Assembly: GCF_963853765.1 (NCBI RefSeq)
Contig: NC_088858.1
Coordinates: 6,200,001-6,264,000, forward strand
Direction of reading: 5' to 3'
DNA length: 64,000 nucleotides
From: Magallana gigas
Taxonomy: Eukaryota
Shown here piece by piece: positions 25,401-36,043 of this stretch; the first letter of the stretch is position 1, and each line of letters begins with the position of its first letter. The position numbers and the translations under genes are program-made. Below the pieces are notes generated by a model. It was given only the letters and a program-made list of their open reading frames with translations, was not told the DNA's origin and ran no database searches.

Positions 25401-28257
25401 TCCATTTTCAGGAAAATGAGAAATGCAAAAGAATCAGTGAGATAATCACCAAAATATTTGACTTACAATGCATTCATATTCCTGATAGCTCTTCTAGACA
25501 TAATGACATCATGCAAAGCCTTTTTGAATCCCCTGTTAAAGGTGTGAAAATTAACTACGGTAATTAAAACAGATCAATTACAGAATGAGTGTTGTAAGAA
25601 GGCATGTTTAATGAGAAAACTATCAGTAAATCATGAGTTTACCTCATAGACAGATACATGGGTCGGATGGCGAACAATGGGAAGGTGTGCACTTTGATCA
25701 TGATAACCATAAATGCCATGTACAACACAACTTTCACAGCACCTGCAGAGTCAAGAAAAGATTATTTCTTCACTTTCTAAACAGACAGGTATTGATTAGG
25801 AATATAAAAGATAAATACAGTCGCAGGGTGATTTATACTTGTGTAAGTTAGCAAAATTTCCAATATTTATGAATGATAGTCAGCACATGTATCTGATTTT
25901 AATTATTGGTGGTTTCATACTGACACAGTGCAGTGCCAAATATTTAAAACCAAAGGCTGTATCTTACCTAGGAAAAGCTCTGTATACAACAGATACACCG
26001 CCTTGTTCTCCCACGGGTTCTCGTTCTGTAGGTCGATGGAGTGGAGGATGTACTTCATAAATGTCATCGCCACAATGGTCATCAATATGGCATACTGAAA
26101 ACAATGAACATGATTACTCATAGTGATACAGGGAAGATCAAATTCAAACTCATCATTTAAAATCCTTTCATTAATCAAATGTATAGTTAGTAACTTATAC
26201 AAAATAATCATTTTATTTACCTCAAAGCCAAACACGAGTTGCACTGATGCCCCTTTAGTTAGGGTGCTGTGGTATGCATGGTTGATGAAGTACAGATCCA
26301 ACACTCCCAACAATGCTATCAGGGCTACAGAGGAGAATCAAAATCAAATTCTGGTATCCTTAAAGGCATTTAACACAATACCATTAGAAACTCATCTCTT
26401 GGAGATATACTTACTCAATGCCCTGATGTGAAATAATACTGATATCACTGGACTTCTCTCCATCTAAATAAAAATTACATCAACAAAGCAAAATTATATA
26501 AATATACTGGTCAATGACAACAATATGAAGCAAATGAATACAACTGTATCCTCAATACTGGTACATGTTTTGACTGATTGATTCTTATCCTGATGCAAGT
26601 TTCATTAAAAACTGAAATCTTAAATAACTTAAATATTTTTTTTTTCAAAAATACATATGACTTACATAATCAATTCTGTCCTCTGCAAGCCAGTGGAAAC
26701 ATTTGAGAAATAACAACAGTGTGAACAGGGCAACGAATTTAGGACTAAAGTCATCACGAAACACTGTAAATGCCAGACAAGTTTCAGTCACTGCATACCA
26801 AGATCTTTCTATTAAATGCTGGAAAAAAAGAATAGAGATTTAATATTCAATTTGAATTTCCTGAAAAAAGGATTTCTTTATTATAAATTAAAGCATTCAT
26901 TGCTGTAGTTATATGTTCTTGCTCTAGAAATACCATTTGCAAGTAGTTATCCCCAAAGGATTGTATCTACTGAATCAATCTATAAATGACTGAATGAACT
27001 AATTACATATGTATTAGTGTGTATTTAAAAGGCTCAGTACTGCCTTTCTCCTACTGTAGTCTGTCCCAAGTTATTGCTTCCATCGCTTTTTGATGATTTT
27101 TAATAAAATTAGACATACCTGTGAAAGAAGTACAGTTGAAATTGTTAAAAGGGAATATCTCCAAGATATCTTCATTGAACAATTATCCCTTTCCACTCAG
27201 AAAAATTCAAAGGAACGAAAACAGATTCCTTACGGAGATTTATAATGGGGAATGTTTACATCTTTTCTCCATTTGGAATACACTCAGAATACACCGCGCA
27301 ATTTTTAACATTATCATCCGGGCTTATTAATGGCTGATGCAATGCAAAATCTCCGTAGATTTTCAATTTTTGGATGTGTATTGAAACCTGAAGCGGTAGA
27401 GGGGGCGTTTCAAAACAGATAATCTGGACATTTTTCATATTAGTGGATGAACGTAGTTTGAGCACAAAGGTATTTACTATTATTGAAATATCAAGCAAAA
27501 AGTGGTGGAAGCAAAAACTGGGGACAGAGTATAGCACTAGCTAGAGTGGGTCAACCCTTTAGCTCAGTTGGTTGAGCGTTGGTTTTTAACTTGAAGGGTC
27601 CCGAGTTCGAGCCTAATTGCAGTCATTTCTCCTCTTCTATTAAACTATTACACAATATCACATTACGAGAGCATAGATGGCTTAATCTCTGAGATAAACA
27701 TATGACACCAAATTAGAGAGAATGCATGATAAATATTTTTTTACCTCTATTTCAGCTGGACGAAGATTTCCGAAAAACACTTTTCTCATAAGTTTCCCCA
27801 TTAGTATGACAAAAACGAAAGCCTGGATATAGAGCATCTAGATTCAAAGAAACAACACATTAAGTTCATTAACCATTATTACCGGTACATAATATCTGGA
27901 CAGGAATTTAACTCATTTGATAAGGTAAATTACTTGTTACAGGTATAGTAGAGTTCAATTATCACGTAAACAGTTACAAACCAAACTTAAATTTACAAAT
28001 CAATAAATACCAATAGTGGTAGTAGAAAAAGAAACGAGCAAATGTGTAACTAATGTTATCTGTCATATTGATATTGAGCCTCAGAAGCTGAGTTCTTGTA
28101 ACACGTCATCATTCTCATCATTTCTTACCGCCATACTGGGGTTTGATTTTGTGATGTAAACCACAGAGGGATAAAACTGTTTCTTCTGATAATATGCATT
28201 TCCAATCACAGCTGCGCTTAAAACCACACTTAACCCGGTTACCAGTAAGGTCTTCAT
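22491..28257 (-). CDS. SYVN1: E3 ubiquitin ligase synoviolin/HRD1 (ERAD), 14 coding exons, ~600 aa
   Basis: Phase-consistent GT-AG exons: 28129-28257, 27745-27837, 26666-26818, 26415-26463, 26221-26324, 25968-26094, 25643-25742, 25467-25532, 25095-25345, 24912-24995, 24617-24790, 24228-24405, 22760-22875, 22491-22669 (1803 nt). The translation includes HLIERSWYAVTETCLAFTVFRDDFSPKF, TKGASVQLVFGFEYAIL, HTFPLFAIRPMY, RING-H2 CIICRETM...CNHIFHTTCLRSWFQRQQTCPTCR, a Pro-rich region and C-terminal IRRRRLQKF, all matching HRD1. Confidence 0.97.
23653..23798. repeat. Foldback/palindromic MITE-like element (~65-bp imperfect arms) in the HRD1 intron between exons 12 and 13
   Basis: Left arm AAATACTTGTTAACCATCTTGAAATATAAGCAATATTTGGGTTCGGGTC aligns with the reverse complement of the right arm, AAATACATGGTTACTATCTGGAAATATAAGCTTTATTTTGGTGAGGGTA. 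Confidence 0.75.
23803..24245. repeat. 27-bp minisatellite (~14 units plus degenerate copies), consensus TATACCTGAGCTGTGCTTCTGTTGTAT, running into the HRD1 exon 12 donor
   Basis: Units counted directly. The consensus matches the real exon-intron junction at 24222-24238 (TATACCTGAGCTGTGCT). Confidence 0.95.
27135..27420 (+). repeat. Dispersed repeat copy (family shared with 48300-48560) in HRD1 intron 2
   Basis: Shared blocks such as CACTCA..AAATTCA.AGGAACGAAAA, GAGATTTATAAT, TTATCATCCGGG and GTATTGAAACCTGA...GGGCGTTTCAA occur in opposite orientation at 48300-48560. Confidence 0.7.
27555..27660 (+). mobile_element. tRNA(Lys-like)-derived SINE or tRNA pseudogene fragment
   Basis: Pol III A box TAGCTCAGTTGG and B box GTTCGAGCC with a TTT anticodon-like loop between them. 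The acceptor stem does not pair, so it is not a functional tRNA. Confidence 0.6.
28101..28110 (-). promoter_or_regulatory. XBP1/UPRE-like site GATGACGTGT in HRD1 intron 1
   Basis: Exact GATGACGTGT on the gene strand, about 20 nt downstream of the exon 1 donor. A YY1-like CGCCATATT lies at 28272-28280, just upstream of the ATG. Confidence 0.5.
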
Positions 28258-28725
28258 TGCTTCTGCCAGACAATATGGCGTTTACACTGTTTATGGTTCT
28301 AAAAATAGACGCGAAGGGGTTTTCCTTAGTGGCGACTTGTCAATTCAAACCAAAAGTATTCGGATGAAGAGAAAAGGGGGAGGGGTCAGTACATTTTTAA
28401 AAAAAGCAAAGCCTGGATTCAAATGATATAATTTCCGACGAAGATTTAATTTAAATAATTAAACTGAATAGAATTATATGTTCAAATCATAATCTGTGTG
28501 CAGAGAGAACTCGTGAGAAAAAACAAAAACAAAGGAAGAACATGACAATTTCAAAGAATTTAATATAAAACAATTTCATTACATGACCAACCATTACATA
28601 TCACAGAATAGCTTCCACTGAAGTTCACAATTCCTCGAGTCATTGCATAAAATAACAAAAAGTCAATGTAGCAATTTCAGAGGATAGAGAGAAGAAAGTT
28701 AGAGTTCTCTGATACGGCCCAACAC

Positions 28726-30447
28726 TCATTCCTCTGCAACCGATCGTCCATCACTCTCGTCAGGTAAATTTTTCTTCAAGGCTGAGAATTAAAGCAAATG
28801 AATATTTATATTACGTGAAACTCGTATAATCGCAATTTCATCTTAATTATTAATTCTATGAAATTTAGATTGACCGTTTATATATATTAAAGAATTAAAA
28901 TAAAAAGATTCGATCACATTATAAATCTTCCTATATTTATAATTCTTTGTTTTTGAACTGTACATGTGTACTCCGTCCTTACGTTTCATATCAAACGATG
29001 ACTCCTCCTGGGAACTGTCAAAGATGTCGTCATTGGACAGAATCCACTCCTCCCTGTCCGGACTGGCCGAGTCGTACTGACTGTCACAGGGTTCACACAG
29101 GGCGCAGGGCCGGGGGCTGGCGTTAGGACCCCGGGGGTAGCCGTCATCCCCCTCAGCTTCCCGCACGTAACTCCTGATGGCTCCACTGTGGTGGGCCGGA
29201 CGATTTCTTTTCCAACACGCATGATCTGGGTAAATATCCATTATCTGTATTTAGAAAAAAGAAACAAATAAAAAGTCAATCGACTTAGTAAAAAATGCTT
29301 TTCTAAGGAGTGAGAGAATTTTTTTTTAAATAAGAGGTTTTGAGGAGGAATTCGAAGTGAACATTGTATTGAAATTCATGCATGAAATTTGATTCTTGAA
29401 ATCGCGAACCTCTTCGCAGCATCGCCGACTGACCACAGCGCGGTAAGATATCCTGGCCCAGAACAGATCCTTCTTCCTGAGAAAACGAGGGAACCTGTCC
29501 TTCCATTTGTTGCCCAGAGCCCAGGGGAAGATTTCATATTTATCATCCTCCTCATCTTCCTCCATGTCATTTGCTAGGTAACTGTTTTAGGAATAAAATA
29601 TAGGCATGTTATTTAAGTGACAACGTTTAATGAGAGTTTATTCTACATGTCATTGTGTACTTCAATGTTTAGTTAAAGTGACTTACAGTGCTAGGAAGAA
29701 ATTCATCCTTGAGTAATCCTTGGTTTTCATTTGCGCTCTTTTGAAATAGGCAAAGACCATCGCAAGCAAATACTAAAATTAAAAAAAAAATTATAATAGT
29801 TTTACTGTTTGAACAGATTGGAAATTCTATAGACTATAAAAAGAATTATAAAAAAAAATTATCAACTGGTATTATCAATATTTTCAAATATACGGTACAT
29901 TTGCGATTACTTAAATATTGAGAACTTTAAATGAAATTCTGTAAACGCGTACCTTGTCTGATATTCTTTGACAGGCATCTCTCTGTAGAAAATCTTGAAT
30001 AACATCATCTTCTGCAAACAAAATACGAAAATGCTTTTAATATTTTTTTAATGTTCGCAATTTTCGTAATTTTAGTGTGTTATGTGGTTTTTTTTAATTT
30101 ATTTTTTTGGCCCGGAAGGGGGGGGGGGGGTTGTAAGAGGACGGGGTTTGGGGTCGGGAAAATTAAAAAGTATTTAAAGCGCATACAAAAAGTTGGCTGT
30201 AATGATCATCAACATGCTCACCCAATAGTCTGAAATAAGCGCGCATCTCTGTCCTTTTAACTGCAAAATGATGCCGGGTGGAAACATGGTGTTCGGAGTA
30301 AAACCCTGTTCCAGTGAATTTACAGATGGGAATCCTTTCTTCGATAAGTGCCAGACGTGGTCTCTTCACTCGATGTGGTTCATTGGAATCTTCAAATTCA
30401 TCCATGTGACAAAAATTATCAACTAAGCTTAGAAAATCTTGGTGCAT
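28726..30447 (-). CDS. SPDYA: Speedy/RINGO family CDK activator, 6 coding exons, ~286 aa
   Basis: Exons 30222-30447, 29953-30011, 29687-29772, 29410-29581, 28983-29244, 28726-28781 (861 nt, all phases consistent). The translation [40 protein letters not shown]...[29 protein letters not shown]...[11 protein letters not shown]...HHSGAIR...PRGP is the Speedy/RINGO box. The start ATG is inferred from length parity with vertebrate Speedy A. Paralog assignment (A vs others) is not resolved. Confidence 0.93.
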
Positions 30448-30703
30448 GTCGCGGTCTTTGACAACCTGAACCTTGCAGCTGTCATTTGCATCTCGATCCG
30501 TCAAAGAAGTTGTTTTGGTTTTGGTAGTTTCTTCCTTTGCAATCGTCGCCTTTTTCGTAATCTTCAAGGGAAACATAAGTAACATACAAACTAGCTAATC
30601 ACAAAATTTCTTCTCAACTTACATCCAACAGCTGTTTGGGGAATCCCGTGTCGTCTGCTTTTTTGGTCGGTTCTTTCGGAAAAAGTTCCGAATGTTCGAA
30701 TCA

Positions 30704-30760
30704 TGACGTCACTTTAGGCAAAAGAGAAAGTACAAGTTGCAACATGTTTCGAACATGTTC
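30704..30760. promoter_or_regulatory. Divergent promoter region with a CRE (TGACGTCA) and a p53-family-like element
   Basis: TGACGTCA at 30704-30711. CAACATGTTT-C-GAACATGTTC at 30740-30760. Lies between the 5' ends of Speedy (-) and the carboxypeptidase (+). Confidence 0.45.
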
Positions 30761-31117
30761 CGCCAGGTCAGTATGTTCTTTTTTTAGTTTTTGGTTTTTT
30801 GAAATTTACGATTCCCCAATTAATGATGAAACTTAACGTTTGGATATTTCAAACTTATTTTTTGGAATTCTATGAACGCATTAATTAATGATATTCCGGA
30901 TATTATTTAATTTGGTTCTAAAATTAGAATTAAACTAATGTAAACAAAATTATGAAAATAGACCGATTTACCATTTTATGATTATCGGCTTAAACAACGG
31001 AGTTATCTTATGATCTTTAAAATGTAAAATCTTTAAAATAGTATGCTTATTATATATATATTTCACTGACAACGCAAGTAACCGATTTATGGGTCTTTTG
31101 ACAATGCATATTTCGAA

Positions 31118-33295
31118 ATGATACCATGGAATCATGGCAAAAGATTACCTACGATCCCGGGTAGGTGTAAAGGACAGATTGTTATATTGTGTTACACGCT
31201 ACTTTTCTACAGTGTAACATGTGTTGATGTGGAACCACAAAAAGAAATCTATGTGCCAAATTACAATGTTTACCACAATTTAACCCGCATTGGCAAAGAA
31301 GTCGAATACCTTTTAAAATTCCCAAATTATGTCAAAGTGTATACCCATCATAAATCCCGACAGAATAGACAACAGTATCTGCTGCACATCTCAAACTTCA
31401 CAAAACACAGTGAAAAGTTTGACAACTTGGTTGAAAAGCCTCGAATACTTTTTTCCTTCGGTGAGCATGCAAGAGAATTTCTTCCAGTTGAGAGTGCAAT
31501 TTATTTCATAAGGAACATGACAGGTGGCCTTTTACCAGATGTAGATGGCTTTTCAAGACAGTATACTCAACAAATCCTTTCCCTAGTAGATTTATACATT
31601 ATACTAATGGCTAATCCAGATGGCCGTCACCATGTTGAAAAGACAAAGAATTACTGCTGGCGGGGAACTAGTACTGGAGTCGATCTTGATAGAAACTTTG
31701 GATGGGAGTTTGGTGGAAAAGGAAGCTCAAGTGATACTGAGGATGAGGAGTACAGAGGGAAAGATCCATTTTCAGGCAAGTTGCTAAAAGGAGACATAAA
31801 TTACACATCATCATCCTGTCTGTGTTTTGAAGACACAACGAATAATTATTTAAGAGAACTATTTCTTTTTCCAGAGCCAGAGAGTTTAGTTTTCCAGGAA
31901 ATCACATCTGATGTCTCATTTGATGCTTTTTTCTCCTTCCATTCAGGAATCAATCATATTTACATTCCATATTCAGGTAAAATGGGTATTAACTTATTAA
32001 GTTATGGAAAGTAGCTAGAAGAAAGGAAAACATGACTGATTGATATACCGGTGCATGTAAATCATGCAAAATTTTGTTGTTGGTATGAACTGCATTACCT
32101 ATAATTTTGCAGATACAAAATCCAGACAGCTCAAGAGAGTGCCAGATAACATCCAGGAGATGTTGAGATTAGCGGCTCAGTTGTCTCGCTGTACAAAGTA
32201 CAAGTACAGATTCGGAACTTCACACCAGCTCATCAACTACACAGCTGATGGCACCATATTTGACTACATGGCAGGGATTCAAAAAGTAAGGCGTAATTTT
32301 TCTTTAAAAAAGGATTTGTGATTTCTACAGGTGCATCAAAGTCTTGATAAAATCTTTTTTTTCATATTTCAGATACTCTTTTCTTTTACTGTGGAGTTGT
32401 GGGGTAAACAACATCAGGGAATGAGTTGTTTTGATTTATTCAACCCTAAAAGTGATGAGTTACAGGTAAAGGTTTTTAATTTGATTATTCAAGTACATTC
32501 AAAATAATGTGTTAAAGTAAGTAATTGTGTTTTAATTCAACGCAGTATTTTTTCCCATGATTTTTCTCAGCATTTGATAGGAAAGTTGTACTTTAAATTA
32601 TACACTAGTACATGTACCAGTAAATCAATTTTGAATTTTTTCTTTATTCAGAAAGTAGTCAGCAATTTGCATCCCCTCTACATCAACATAATACGATATC
32701 TCTCGGAATGGAAATCCAGAAACATTGCAAAAATGACCAATCCATATGTAAGTAAATGACTCACTGTCTCTTTTAATCACTTTATAAAAAACAGGATAGC
32801 AAGACACTTTGCTTTAATATAAATCTGCTCTAATTATTTTATTTTCTCATATGATAAATTTTAAAAATTTGCTGAATTGTTAGATCTGTTTTGACAAAAG
32901 TACCTTTTTTAAACGCCAAAAAAAAATGATAATAACATTTATGAAGAAAATGAAAAGAGGAAGGAATGGGCAAAAACTTTTAAACTTTATGAAATTTTGA
33001 AAGCACCAAAAACTCATCATAGAAATATATATTGATTTTTGTGAACATATTGTTCAATACCAGTAATCTGATGATTTGATGATCACTTGGTACAAGATTT
33101 ATCAATACAAAATGTCTATTTCAGTCGGAGCGACCATCCATGGTGCTGGGATACATGTTATTGGGGATAACAGCGTCTGTGTCAGCCATGATTTGTCTCC
33201 ACAGAAAGTTCAGAAACTGTCCAAAAATTTACACGCACCAAAGAATCGTGTCTCTGAAAACTCTCAGTTCCTCATTCCCTGCAAAGAATCTGTGA
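31118..33295 (+). CDS. M14 zinc metallocarboxypeptidase-like protein with signal peptide and C-terminal TM helix, 6 exons, ~430 aa
   Basis: Exons 31118-31775, 31875-31976, 32113-32285, 32373-32465, 32652-32747, 33125-33295 (1293 nt). Motifs: GEHARE (Zn ligands H69/E72), NPDG, WRG (R127), DLDRNF, PFSEPE (restored by a GC-AG intron), FHS (H196), YTADG (Y248), FTVEL (E270). C-terminal hydrophobic VLGYMLLGITASVSAMICL followed by HRKFR. Confidence 0.88.
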
Positions 33296-35679
33296 CAGTG
33301 TGAAATATAACAGTCTTCATTCTTTTTTTTCTTTTTTCTTTTTTAACATATCACATGTATACCAAACAGACAGAAGTCCCTAATATGAACTAAAAAATCT
33401 TTGTATTTATATTGTTCTGACGTTGATATATTTTATTCATTAAATTAGATATAGACCAATAACAATTGGGTTTTTTTTTTTTTTTTACAATTCATGGATA
33501 TTACTTCTTGTGATTGAATAAACAAGTACAAAAACATCAAAACTGGAATATTACTAAGCAAACAATTTTCGAATTAATGTAAAAAGTATTGTTAATTTTT
33601 TGTGAACATGTATATTTCTGTTTGAAATGATTTTGTATTTTTATTCTTTTTGATCACAGACTTAAAACTCAAGAATAATATTTCAAAAAGGGTAAACTAT
33701 GATAATTTTTTGCTCTTCTGAATTTTAAGTTCAGCTGAGCTTTATGAAAAACCATATTTTCGGCGGCATCTGTTTTTGATCCTTTTACATATTTTACACT
33801 TTTATTCCATATAACAAGACTATTTTCATAAAATCATTAAAACTTGCTCAAATGCTATTTTTAATGGAAAGTTATAAATATTAAAAAAAAAAGAATGAAA
33901 AGAAAAGGAAAATATTCTTTAAAAAAAAAGACCATCACACCAGATTTCATTTAATTACATATAGATATACAAAAATATGTTTTATACAGACAGAGTGTGG
34001 ATTCTAACAAAGGGATCTAGATCACAATGCTTATTGACACTTGATAAAGTGAAAATTCAATTTTGACATTTTTTGGGGGGGGGGGGGGGGGGTGGTTGGG
34101 GTGGAGGATGGATAATAATAGTCAAACCATGTTTTAACACATTATTATATTCATGAGATTAATTACATGAAAAAAATATTAATATACTCTACCTACATGA
34201 TACATACTTATTAAATAGAGTCCTGTCCTAATACAAGAACCAACAAACTTCATTTTATTCACAATTCCACATGTGCATTAAAATGACCAATATATCCACC
34301 ACCATCCTACCCGTCTATCCATTTTCCTAAACGTCAGATCTAAGAAAAACGTTATTTTGACACTAGTGTACTGATTTATTGAATTATAACTGTATGTACA
34401 CTCAAAATGAAGAGATAATACATTATTTCTGTACAACAAGACAGTATCACGTTATGATGGCTAAGTTCTTCTTTTATACGAGTAACTAAATTGAAAAAAA
34501 TGCTTTTTAATTTTTAGTTTAGGATATGAGAAAAATGAAATATTATTTATTAACTGTTTAAAGTATACCGTTTGCGTACAACAATGTTGAACAGTCTCCC
34601 TCAGCATTAACCATTACCATATAATGATAATGAATCTTTAATCAAATATACAAGGGATCACTATTTTGTATGAGGTAAACGTTAGGTGCTTGCTTTAACA
34701 TGTTTAATGGAAATCACAATTTCATCTGCGTTATCAATGGATAATTTCAATTTTAATTCAACACGTTCGAAGTTACAATATCCGGGTTATTTGTACTGCA
34801 AAGTTCATCTCAACTCCTCTTCTCTATCAAATAAAAAAAAAACCTTCTCATGAAGTAGTCTATAAAGTCTATGACTATAATATAGAGATTCACGCGACCA
34901 AATATAAAAAGCTAATCTTTTTTTTTTCATATACAGAGTAATTGCTTATTTGATAGCATCCAAACCATTGCAAATCCCGGAGAATCGACCAGTCCTGCAT
35001 ATTCATGTACATATATTAATATGACCTTAAAAAGACAATAGCAGAAATTTTGCAATCATCTGTTCCAGTTAGCCATTAATGATTTATTTATGTCTCGTTC
35101 ATTGTCACCGATTTTTATTTTCATTGGCTCTGAGCGCTATGGCCGCCGGGTATATGCCGTGAACACTGGTGCATGGCCGACCTTACGACCTAGTTCATCA
35201 GATACGGTATTGCAACACGATTTCCAACGCAACGGATAAACAACACCGGGTGATAACGGGAAGACTGGATCAGCGATTTCAAAATCACCCGGTCGGACTC
35301 AAGGACAGCCCAGCTGTGGCCGAGGTATCAGGACGAACACAGGTGAAGTAATTCAAAAGCCAGGTACGTTGTCATATATTTGGTTCGGATCGCTCGATAG
35401 AACAAACATCTACCGGTATATTCAAACTACTTGTGTACTAGTAATTTATTATAAACATGATCTATGCATTTTGCAAAGTTTTATCGAGTTTTAAATTTTA
35501 ACATAGATGCATCATTATGGTGTTGGAAAGACGCAGTTTTCATTAGTTTTGGAACACTTTTAACATTTTGATGCATTAGACAGAGTGGGTTTTATTGACA
35601 GAAAACAAAATAAATACAGTAAAGCTGAACATCAATAGCTTGCTAATATTCATACACGACCCTATTAAAACAATTTTAA

Positions 35680-35902
35680 CAAGACCTTGGACTGGGTAGT
35701 TGTGTCAAACAGCAATATGACGTAGGCCTGTCTATTTCATTGCTGGCCACTCAGCCATGGCTGTTTGAAATCGACAAGATTTGTCTGGCTTTTGGGCTAA
35801 ATCTACGCAATCGGGACATATTTCACTTGATACCGCGTCATTTTTAACTTGTTTTGACGAAAGAAATAGATAGCTACGTCCAACCGAAAGTCAAAGGTCT
35901 TG
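35680..35902. mobile_element. Small MITE (~223 bp) in the presumed first intron of the raftlin-like gene
   Basis: Inverted termini CAAGACCTT(G/T)GACT, flanked by TTAA on both sides (35676-35679, 35903-35906). A TA target duplication with a TIR one base longer is equally possible. Confidence 0.7.
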
Positions 35903-36043
35903 TTAAAATGGTTCTAAATATACCTTTATCTGTTGAGTGGACAATATTGCAATAAACGTTGTGCTGAAAGATCAAGTTACACTTTGTACATTTAAAATTC
36001 AAATTCTTAGTTCTCTGTTTCTTTTCAGGACAAGGATTTCAAA

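Noticed and set aside
27555-27625. Functional tRNA-Lys gene
   Set aside because: The acceptor and anticodon stems do not pair. Kept only as a SINE-like or pseudogene fragment.
28843-28982. Alternative Speedy C-terminus by read-through of the last intron
   Set aside because: The extension is AT-rich and intron-like. A strong donor (AAAC|gtaagg) and a phase-matched last exon exist. It cannot be supported without transcripts.
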